Of a stretch of DNA of 64,000 nucleotides, positions 24,601-36,600 are shown one piece after another. Every line of letters begins with the position of its first letter. The stretch's first letter is position 1. The notes under the pieces are model-generated. The model had not been told where the DNA came from. It made no database searches and was given only the letters and a program-made list of their open reading frames with translations. This DNA is from Macrostomum hystrix (Eukaryota; Animalia; Platyhelminthes), in NCBI GenBank assembly GCA_950097015.1, contig CATNEN010000007.1, positions 2,976,001 to 3,040,000 of the forward strand, written 5' to 3'. The translations under genes were made by a program, and so were the position numbers.

Positions 24601-27600
24601 TACTCATTGGCGTACAGAGTTCTGGTTGGCAGGTGTTCGACGTCTTTGGGAGGCAGGAACCAGGGACCGCTGAAGTAGACGCTATTTTGCACAGTGTTGC
24701 GCCACAGCTTGTCCACCTGGTGTTGTTTTGAATTGCAGAGAGGACAGATAAGAGACTGGATACCCAGTAGATAAGAGACTGGATACCCAGTAGATAAGAG
24801 ACTGGATATCTGGCAGATAAGAGGCTGGATATCTGGCAGATAAGAGGCTGGATATCGGGAAGATAAGAGGCTGGATATCTGGCAGATAAGAGACTGGATA
24901 CCCAGTAGATAAGTGACTGGATACCCAGTAGATAAGAGACTGGATACCTAGTAGATAAGAGGCTGGATATCTGGCAGATAAGAGACTGGATACCCAGTAG
25001 ATAAGAGACTGGATATCTGGCAGATAAGAGGCTGGATATCTGGCAGATAAGAGGCTGGATATCGGGAAGATAAGAGGCTGGATATCGGGAAGATAAGAGG
25101 CTGGAAATCGGGCAGATAAGAGGCTGGAAATCGGGCAGATAGTCAGACAGTGGCCAACTCAGCTCACCCTGACGATGGTCCGGCCAGTGCCATCAACGCT
25201 GGGCACGTAGACAAAGTCGCCCAGCCTGAGCCAGAGTCCGGATGTGGGATCCGCAGCGTACTGATCGTAGGTGATGAGGCCCTCAGTCTGCGAGCGGTCT
25301 TCTAGCACGACATTGGCACGTGGCGATTCAATGTAGCCGGCCTGCGCGGCTGACGAAGTGCCATCATCGTCGGCAGCCGAGCCGGTGGTTTTGACTGCAG
25401 TGGAAGCATCGAACACGTAGGGCACAATGGCCATGCGGTGGAGACTCAGCGGGTTCGGACGCTTGTCGTTGATGACGCTTTCAGGTCGAGGCACAGTCCA
25501 GCGCTGTGGAATGAGGCATTAGTGTAGGATCCGTGATTGGGTCATGCAGGATCAGTGATTGGGTCATGCAGGATCAGTGATTGGGTCATGCAGGATCAGT
25601 GATTGGGTCATGCAGGATCAGTGATTGGGTCATGTAGGATCAGTGATTGGGTCATGTAGGATCAGTGATTGGGTCATGCAGGATCAGTGATTGGGTCATG
25701 CAGGATCAGTGATTGGGTCATGCAGGATCAGTGATTGGGTCATGCAGGATCAGTGATTGGGTCATGCAGGATGAGTGATTGGGTCATGCAGGATCAGTGA
25801 TTGGGTCATGTAGGATCAGTGATTGGGTCATGTAGGATCAGTGATTGGGTCATGCAGGATCAGTGATTGGGTCATGCAGGATCAGTGATTGGGTCATGTA
25901 GGATCAGTGATTGGGTCATGCAGGATCAGTGATTGGGTCATGCAGGATCAGTGATTGGGTCATGCAGGATCAGTGATCGGGTCATGCAGGATCAATGATT
26001 GGGTCATGCAGGATCAGTGATTGGGTCATTCAGGATCAGTGATTGGGTCATGCAGGATCAGTGATTGGGTCATGCAGGATCAGTGATTGGGTCATGTAGG
26101 ATCAGTGATTGGGTCATGTAGGATCAATGATTGGGTCATGTAGGATCAATGATTGGGTCATGCAGGATCAGTGATTGGGTCATACAGGATCAGTAATTGT
26201 CATAGAACTCACCGTGATCTTCTGAAAGTAGGTTCGCTCACCGGCGAAGTACTGGAACTCGCAGACGTACACATCCTTTGAATCGAAGCCGCGAGGCGCA
26301 AAGTTCTGATAATCCTTCACATTCATCACGTGACACTTGGCAAGAATTCGGTCGGAGCTCACGGTGGCATGCTGATCAGTCTTAAACACCTCCTGGAATA
26401 TGGAATGAGTTGAAAAGTAGAGTAGGGACTGGGTGAGTGAGCAGGTGGCGTATGTAATTACTTACATTGGTTAAAAACTTCCTGTGCCGGCTGTGAGCAG
26501 TTTCCTTCGGTTTTAGAAACCAATTGATGCGAACCAGCGCCGATTTGAGGCCACTCTCAGCAGCGGCTACGCTTTCGCCATCATTTGCCTTCGCCTCGCC
26601 GTTCGCCTGCTCAGTTGAAGCCGAGTCGGCGACGGCGTCGTTTGGCGCGAAGCCTAACACCTGGCCGACTCGCACCTGAGCAGACTGTGACGGATCTTCA
26701 ATGGACTCGCTAGCCTGCAGGATTTCAATTTCAAGTGGAGATGGGTGGGTCTAACTAATGAAGAGAATGACGCGGTATAATTGGACTGGTACTGAATGGA
26801 GACGGGGTTGCACTGACAGGTGAGACAATAAGGGTGAGATGGTTTGAGTGACAGGTGAGACATTTGGTGAGATGGTTTGAGTGACAGGTGAGACAGTGGG
26901 TGAGATGGTACGTTGGAATGACAGGTGAGACTGGGGTGAGATGGTTGGAATGACAGGTGAGACTGGGGTGAGATGGTTGGAATGACAGGTGAGACTGGGG
27001 TGAGATGGTTGGAATGACAGGTGAGACTGGGGTGAGATGGTTGGAATGACAGGTGAGACTGGGGTGAGATGGTTGGAATGACAGGTGAGACTGGGGTGAG
27101 ATGGTTGGAATGACAGGTGAGACTGGGGTGAGATGGTTGGAATGACAGGTGAGACTGGGGTGAGATGGTTGGAATGACAGGTGAGACTGGGGTGAGATGG
27201 TTGAATATGAAAGTGCAGGGATATCTCACCGAATCCTCATCTCGCACGTAGACAAAGTCGTTCAGAAGGATCCTTAATCCACCGCCAGCAGTCAATTCCA
27301 CCTCCTTAATCTCCGGGTCGGCCTTGAAGTTGTCGCTGTCCGCCGCCTCGCCGTCAGCGGCTGGAGTGGCGTCACCGCTAGCCGGAGCCGCGCTGGCCTC
27401 GGCCTTGAGCAAATCGTCCAGCATCTTGGAGGTGAAGCCGCTGGCGGGCGATTGCAGCGAGCCGGCAGCTCCGGGGCCACCAGTCAGCTGCAGCAGCTGC
27501 GAGGACGAAGCCGACGCTGACAGCGAGTGCCTGGACGTGCACAGGACACCGTCGCGGGTGCGCACAAAGTACCGCTGCAGCTCGCAGGCGTCTTTATAGA

Positions 27601-30600
27601 TTTGCGACTCGCGCGACGAAGCGGCGGCGCGGATGCGGGAGAGCGCATCGAACAGGTCGGCCTGGAAGCGGTCGAAGCGGCGATACTGGCCCGACTGCAC
27701 GCGATGGAAGATCTCCTCCAGTGGGATCACTCGCTTGACACCTTCGGCCACCTGCTGGTGCTGCTGCTCGTCGTACAATTCATCGAATGAGTCAACAAGG
27801 ACGCGACCGTCTTCGTCCTGCGGTTGTGTTAACAATTTAGACAATTAAAAGTTAAAGCTAGTTTGACGCATTTCAAAATGGCAGAAACAATTATCTGACA
27901 TCAGAGATTTCTAACTGCAGTGACAATACAAGGTGAGATCAACAATATCAACATATGGGATCACAAAGTGTAAGCAAGGAAAAAAGTATACCAAAATATG
28001 GAATCAATAGGAATCAGAATATGGGATCAAAAATAATCCCAATGTGGGATCAAACAGAGTCTCAATTTAGGATAAAATATAATCCCAATGTAGGATCAAA
28101 TAGAATCCCAATTTATGATCACATGGAATCCCAATGTAGGATAAAATAGAATCCCAATTTATGATCACATGAAATCCCAATGAAGGATCAAATAGAATCC
28201 CAATTTATGATCACATAGAATCCCAAAGTAGGATCAAATAGAATCCCAATATAGGATTACATAGAATCCCAATTTATGAGAAATTTAGGATATAATCCGG
28301 CAAATGAACTCACTGCATAATTCATAGTCTGGGTTAGCAGTCCCTTCATAATGTCGCGCACAGCGGCCATTACGTCGGGCACTTCGCCGGCGCTCGAGTC
28401 ATCGTCAAGGCGCAGCAGGCGACGCTTCTCCATGACAACGCGCAGCAGGAGAAGAGCGTCCTGGTAGATCTGGGAGCCAGTCTCGTTAAACAGGCAGGCA
28501 TTGTCAAACATGAGCTCAAGGTCCGCCAGCATGTCGGCAGCTTGAGCATACTTGCCTGAGCTCAGCTTGACTTGAATAGCGCCCAAGTCAATGGGCTTCT
28601 TGATGTACTCATAGTACTGCGGCAACTCCTGCCTGGTTGGCAGCCTGGCAAACACCGCGGACAGAATCCGGCCGCTAGCCGGGTCCCGGTAGTCGCGCAC
28701 AGCCTGGAGCAGGTCCTGGAGCCGGCGCGGCAGCGAGCTGGCCGGAGTGACGCCAGCGGAGCCGCCAGCAGCTAGGCCGGCGCCGGAGGATCTTCACAAA
28801 TGGGGAGATTAGGAATCAAGGATAAAAGTAATAATAATTGCAGGAGGGCTGCGGGCAATGGCACATGATTTGGTGACACTAGACCCGCAGACAGCGAGGA
28901 GGCAATTCTGCCCATTTCGCTGACTCCTGAGCACACACGTACAGATACTGTACGCAGGCACACGCTCACACAGGTGTGTACATCTGCTCTGACTTTCTCA
29001 TCGTCAGGCAGTGTACACTCTCACTGTGCCTTGGAGGTTGGCCCTCAAGGGCGTAAATTACATGACAAGCCCCCAAGCCAAATGAATGTGGCCTCGCCGC
29101 GGAATCGAACTCAGGTACCTTGGTGCTAGAGGCAAACGCGTTAACCACTCTGCCACTGACCCCCAGGAATCAAGGATAGAAAACCATCTAGGAAGCCAGT
29201 TTTTTGAGAATGAAGTTTTAGGTTAAAACTCATATTCTTTACTTTAAGTAGCTTATATATTTTAAATTTATTCGACCGAGTGAGGTCAGTTAACTTGTCA
29301 TTGCTTTTAATATAACCTAAGAGAAAAATATTTAACCAGTTGGTCATTTCTTAGAGGGTCGTCTCAAGGTGAGAGGTCGGGAGTTCGATTCTCAGTCTAT
29401 ATAAAAAAGTACTCTGTGTCCTCGAAGTAATTTGGGTTGCTGTGTAATAGATGCAGTGTTAGTGAAGTCATTTGTGAGTCAAATCAAGCTAGCAATACTA
29501 CAATTAAAAAATTGTTTAAACAGTAGAAAGGGGTTTTTTTCAAATACCCAACGCCTACTTCACGATAGCTCTCAAACCGAATGACCGATTTTCGTGAAAG
29601 TAAATATTGAAGTAGTGAAGGCTTAAAACAGCAACAAGACGGTGAGTAAAACAAAGTGTTTTGTGATTTTGTAAAACAGCAGGTTAGAATGTGAGAAGGT
29701 TAATGAATAGACAACAATTCTTTATCGGGTCAGTAGTGGCAACTTACGCGATCGAAATTTCTGTTCCGCTGCAAAGAATGGGAAGGTTTTAAAGTTCCAT
29801 TTCCTAGAAAATAAAATCGATTCAAATAAACGAAGCCTACCAAGAACAACATGCGCAGTGTAAAACAAAACATGAAAATAAGTTTTACAGTATATGGAGT
29901 CTAGACACGAGTCACGACACCAAAGCAAAGCATGACATCTCAAACAAGAATCACCATGGCAACCAGCAGACAATTACCTCTTCTTCATCCTTGGCGTACC
30001 GCCAGAGCCGTTGACGCCAGGTGTGGCGCCAGCAGCAGCAGGGCCGAGATTTTTAGTCTTCTTCTTTAACAGGCGCTCCAGGTAGATGGCATCCTGATGC
30101 ACCTGAGATTTCTCTTCGTTGAAATGCTTGGCGTTGGCAAACATTAGTTTGAGATCGCTGACTAGCTGGTGATGCGACTCGTATTTGCGACTGTCAATCT
30201 TGGCCCGAATCATGGTTAGATCGATCGGCTCGGGAATCACTTGATAATACAATGGCAGCTCACTCTTTGCCGGCAGTTTCACGAAGATTTCGCGCAGCAG
30301 GCGACCGGAACCCTCCTCGGTGGCGTTGTACACATGGCCGTACAAGTTGTTCAACCGTCTCTGGATGGCATCCTGCGGATCTGCTGCTGATCGCTTGTGA
30401 TGAGAGCGCTTCTCAGTGCTACCCGACGGCTGCTGCTGCTGCTGCTGCTGAGAAGGCGTGTGAGTCATTGAGAACTGCTGCTGCTGCTGCTGCTGGTACA
30501 GCATTGAAGAAGAGGCCGAACCCAAGCTGTCCTCGTTCTGCGTTAGCGGTGAGTTCAGCGATTGGTTTAGATATTTGGAATGCACGTGGAATGGGCCAGT

Positions 30601-33600
30601 ATGAAAAATGGGAGTGGGAGAGAGATAGAGAGACACAATAGGAGTGTGAGAGTGCTAGAGAAAGATAATGGGAGTGGGAGAGTGATAGAGAAAGATAATG
30701 GGAGTGGGAGAGAGATAGAGAAAAATAATGGGAGTGGGAGAGTGATAGAGAAAGATAATGGGAGTGGGAGAGTGATAGAGAAAGATAATGGGAGTGGAAG
30801 AGAGATAGAGCGAGATAATGGGAGTGGGAGAGAGACAGAGGGAGATAATGGGAGTTGGAGAGAGACAGAGGGAGATAATGGGAGTGGGAGAGAGACAGCG
30901 AGATAATGGGAGTTGGAGAGAGACAGAGGGAGATAATGGGAGTGTGAGAGTGATAGAGGGAGATAATGGGAGTGGGAGAGAGATAGAGCGAGATAATGGG
31001 AGTGGGAGAGAGATAGAGAAAAATAATGGGAGTGGGAGAGTGATAGAGAAAGATAATGGGAGTGGGAGAGTGATAGAGAAAGATAATGGGAGTGGAAGAG
31101 AGATAGAGCGAGATAATGGGAGTTGGAGAGAGACAGAGGGAGATAATGGGAGTGGGAGAGAGACAGAGGGAGATAATGGGAGTTGGAGAGAGACAGAGGG
31201 AGATAATGGGAGTGGGAGAGAGACAGCGAGATAATGGGAGTTGGAGAGAGACAGAGGGAGATAATGGGAGTGTGAGAGTGATAGAGGGAGATAATGGGAG
31301 TGGGAGAGAGATAGAGCGAGATAATGGGAGTGGGAGAGAGACAGAGGGAGATAATGGGAGTGGGAGAGAGATAGAGGGAGATAATGGGAGTGGGAGAGAG
31401 ATAGAGCGTGATAATGGGAGTGGGAGAGAGACAGTGCGAGATAATGAGAGTGGAAGAGAGACAGAGGGAGATAATGGGAGTGGGAGAGAGATAGAGGGAG
31501 ATAATGGGAGTGGGAGAGAGATAGAGGGAGATAATGGGAGTGGGAGAGAGATAGAGGGAGATAATGGGAGTGGGAGAGAGACAGTGCGAGATAATAGGAG
31601 TGGGAGAGAGATAGAGGGAGATAATGGGAGTGGGAGAGTGATAGAGGGAGACAAATTATGTATTTTACATATAATGTTATTGGTTGAAACAGCAGCCGCA
31701 GTACATGCTATATCGAATAGAACAGCATGCCATTGTTCCTAAGGTACAAACACAATGCCATACCAACAGTCTAAAGTAAAATAAGCATTTAGAAAGGACA
31801 AAATACTGCTATTTTTAGTATCAGGAGAAATCCAATTCAATGTTAAATAAGTGCAAAAACTAGCAGTCAAACAAAACAAGATGCATAATACAAGCAATAG
31901 CAACCGCAACAGTGCTCTTTAATAAAATTAAACTGAGGATCTGGGTGATTGACAGCCAACCATTGACCTGAGGATCTGGGTGATTGATAGCCAACCATTG
32001 ACCTGAGGATCTGGGTGATTGACAGCCAACCATTGACCTGAGGATCTGGGTGATTGACAGCCAACCATTGACCTGAGGATCTGGGTGATTGACAGCCAAC
32101 CATTGACCTGAGGATCTGGGTGATTGACAGCCAACCATTGACCTGAGGATCTGGGTGATTGACAGCCAACCATTGACCTGAGGATCTGGGTGATTGACAG
32201 CCAACCATTGACCTGAGGATCTGGGTGATTGATAGCCAACCATTGACCTGAGGATCTGGGTGATTGACAGCCAACCATTGACCTGAGGATCTGGGTGATT
32301 GACAGCCAACCATTGACCTGAGGATCTGGGTGATTGACAGCCAACCATTGACCTGAGGATCTGGGTGATTGACAGCCAACCATTGACCTGAGGATCTGGG
32401 TGATTGATAGCCAACCATTGACCTGAGGATCTGGGTGATTGATAGCCAACCATTGACCTGAGGATCTGGGTGATTGACAGCCAACCATTTACCTGAGGAT
32501 CTGGGTGATTGATAGCCAACCATTGACCTGAGGATCTGGGTGATTGACAGCCAACCATTGACCTGAGGATCTGGGTGATTGATAGCCAACCATTGACCTG
32601 AGGATCTGGGTGATTGACAGCCAACCATTGACCTGAGGATCTGGGTGATAGATAGCCAACCATTGACCTGATGATGTGGGTGATTGACAGCCAACCATTG
32701 ACCTGAGGATCTGGGTGATTGATAGCCAACTATTGACCTGAGGATCTGGGTGATTGATAGCCAACCATTGACCTGAAGATCTGGGTGATTGACAGCCAAC
32801 CATTGACCTGAAGATCTGGGTGATTGACAGCCAACCATTGACCTGAGGATCTGGGTGATTGATAGCCAACCATTGACCTGAAGATCTGGGTGATTGACAG
32901 CCAACCATTGACCTGATGATGTGGGTGATAGATAGCCAACCATTGACCTGAGGATCTGGGTGATTGATAGCCAACTATTGACCTGAGGATCTGGGTGATT
33001 GACAGCCAACCATTGACCTGATGATGTGGGTGATTGACAGCCAACCATTGACCTGAGGATCTGGGTGATTGATAGCCAACCATTGACCTGAGGATCTGGG
33101 TGATTGACAGCCAACCATTGACCTGAGGATCTGGGTGATTGACAGCCAACCATTGACCTGATGATGTGGGTGATTGACAGCCAACCATTGACCTGAGGAT
33201 CTGGGTGATTGACAGCCAACCATTGACCTGAGGATCTGGGTGATTGACAGCCAACCATTGACCTGAGGATCTGGGTGATTGATAGCCAACCATTGACCTG
33301 AGGATCTGGGTGATTGACAGCCAACCATTGACCTGAGGATCTGGGTGATTGACAGCCAACCATTGACCTGATGATCTGGGTGATTGATAGCCAACCATTG
33401 ACCTGAGGATCTGGGTGATTGACAGCCAACCATTGACCTGAGGATCTGGGTGATTGATAGCCAACCATTGACCTGAGGATCTGGGTGATTGACAGCCAAC
33501 CATTGACCTGAGGATCTGGGTGATTGATAGCCAACCATTGACCTGAAGATCTGGGTGATTGACAGCCAACCATTGACCTGAAGATCTGGGTGATTGACAG

Positions 33601-36600
33601 CCAACCATTGACCTGAGGATCTGGGTGATTGATAGCCAACCATTGACCTGAGGATCTGGGTGATTGACAGCCAACCATTGACCTGATGATGTGGGTGATT
33701 GACAGCCAACCATTGACCTGAGGATCTGGGTGATTGACAGCCAACCATTGACCTGAGGATCTGGGTGATTGACAGCCAACCATTGACCTGAGGATCTGGG
33801 TGATTGATAGCCAACCATTGACCTGATGATGTGGGTGATTGACAGCCAACCATTGACCTGATGATGTGGGTGATAGATAGCCAACCATTAACCTGATGAT
33901 GTGGGTGATTGATAGCCAACCATTGACCTGAGGATCTGGGTGATTGACAGCCAACCATTGACCTGAGGATCTGGGTGATTGATAGCCAACCATTGACCTG
34001 ATGATGTGGGTGATTGATAGCCAACCATTGACCTGAGGATCTGGGTGATTGATAGCCAACCATTGACCTGATAATGTGGGTGATTGACAGCCAACCATTG
34101 ACCTGATGATGTGGGTGATTGACAGCCAACCATTGACCTGAGGATCTGGGTGATTGACAGCCAACCATTGACCTGAGGATCTGGGTGATTGACAGCCAAC
34201 CATTGACCTGAGGATCTGGGTGATTGATAGCCAACCATTGACCTGATGATGTGGGTGATTGACAGCCAACCATTGACCTGATGATGTGGGTGATAGATAG
34301 CCAACCATTAACCTGATGATGTGGGTGATTGATAGCCAACCATTGACCTGAGGATCTGGGTGATTGACAGCCAACCATTGACCTGAGGATCTGGGTGATT
34401 GATAGCCAACCATTGACCTGATGATGTGGGTGATTGATAGCCAACCATTGACCTGAGGATCTGGGTGATTGATAGCCAACCATTGACCTGATAATGTGGG
34501 TGATTGACAGCCAACCATTGACCTGATGATGTGGGTGATTGATAGCCAACTATTGACCTGAGGATCTGGGTGATTGACAGCCAACCATTGACCTGATGAT
34601 GTGGGTGATTGACAGCCAACCATTGACCTGAGGATCTGGGTGATTAATAGCCAACCATTGACCTGAGGATCTGGGTGATTGACAGCCAACCATTGACCTG
34701 AGGATCTGGGTGATTGATAGCCAACCATTGACCTGAGGATCTGGGTGATTGACAGCCAACCATTGACCTGAGGATCTGGGTGATTGATAGCCAACCATTG
34801 ACCTGAGGATCTGGGTGATTGATAGCCAACCATTGACCTGAGGATCTGGGTGATTGACAGCCAACCATTGACCTGAGGATCTGGGTGATTGACAGCCAAC
34901 CATTGACCTGAGGATCTGGGTGATTGACAGCCGACCATTAACCTGATGATGTGGGTGATTGACAGCCGACCATTAACCTGATGATGTGGGTGATTGACAG
35001 CCAACCATTAACCTGATGATGTGGGTGACTGACAGCCAACCATTAACTTATCAATCTTAGTAGTTTTATTATGCGGCATCCAATAAATTTGCTCTACATT
35101 CTATCAGATGCAATTCACACAGAAAAGCATGCTTAGTTTTGCTAATAAATAATAACTTGTCAATACTTTAGGCTTTGCCAATTCGTCGCCATGGCTAGTA
35201 GTCACTAACGGACTGATATTGAATCCTTTTGGACTCAGCGCCATCATTAGGAGGCTGGGCTGGGGCTGGTGCTGCGGCTTAGTTGCCGCAGGGCAAGACA
35301 ATTGAACAGCATTTGAACTGGCAGACTGAGTGAGTTGAAAAACAGATGGATTGGAATGTTAATATGCACATTTCGACTGTTGGGGGTGTCCTTAAAGAGA
35401 GAAAATTATACACGTGTTGGGGGTGTCCTTAAAGAGAGAAAATTATACACTACAAGCCCCCAAGCCTTGTCTCTCCGCAGCTGCGCCCCAGATGAATGCG
35501 GCCTCGCCACGGATTCGAGCTCGGGCGCGTTCCTACATCCTGGAGCAACTCACATGAAACAGACTCTGCTGTTGGAACAGCGGATTAACCAGCTTCTGCG
35601 GCAGCAGAGGCTTCAGATCGTCGCTGCCCGGTCCGCCGCTGCTATTGTTATCGACGCCAGTCGCCGAGACAGTCAGGCCGCAGAGTTCGTCTCGCTTGGC
35701 CTTCACCAGTTTCTGTAGCCTGGCAGCGTCCTTGTGAATCTTGCTCTCGTCGATGTTGTACTGGCGGGCATTGTTGAACACCAGGTTCAGGGCGTCGAAC
35801 ATGGCGTCCAGGTCCGGGTACGCTCGGCGGCGGATTCGTGTGCGGACTTGCAGAAGCGACAGCGGGTTCTTGATATCTTCGTAGTAGTCCGGGTAGAGAC
35901 TGTTCAATGGAGGTTCCAGAGTTTGATGGATTGGGGATCAATGCTTAATCTGAGGATGTGGGATAATGACTGCTCAACCTGAGGATCTGGGAGGATGTCT
36001 GCTCAATTTGAGGACTGTGATAATGAAAGCTCAATCTGAGGATCTGGGAGAATGATTGCTCAATCGCAGGATCTGGGATAATGACAGCTCATTCTGAGGA
36101 TCTGGGAGAATCATTGCTCAACCTGAGGATCTGGGAGAATCATTGCTCAGTCTGAGGATCTGGGAGAATGATTGCTCAATCTAAGGATCTGGGAGAATCA
36201 TTGCTCAACCTGAGGATCTGGGAGAATCATTGCTCAGTCTGAGGATCTGGGAGAATGATTGCTCAATCTGAGGATCTGGGATAATGACAGCTCAGTCTGA
36301 GGATCTGGGAGAATGATTGCTCAATCTGAGGATCTGGGATAATGACAGCTCAGTCTGAGGATCTGGGAGAATCATTGCTCAATCTGAGGATCTGGGATAA
36401 TGACAGCTCAGTCTGAGGATCTGGGAGAATGATTGCTCAATCTAAGGATCTGGGAGAATCATTGCTCAACCTGAGGATCTGGGAGAATCATTGCTCAGTC
36501 TGAGGATCTGGGAGAATGATTGCTCAATCTGAGGATCTGGGATAATGACAGCTCAGTCTGAGGATCTGGGAGAATCATTGCTCAATCTGAGGATCTGGGA

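Noticed and set aside
7725-28280. Telomeric seeds (AATCCC motifs)
   Set aside because: AATCCC/GGGATT is not the TTAGGG/CCCTAA repeat; no telomeric tracts seen
30419-31742. Ser/Pro/Leu or Gly/Glu repeat ORFs, and similar ones at 23617-23927 and 40606-41035
   Set aside because: Intronic minisatellite translations
31860-35004. 1045-aa and other long - strand ORFs
   Set aside because: Translations of the 35-bp satellite, which lacks stop triplets on that strand; they lie inside a phase-consistent PBRM1 intron
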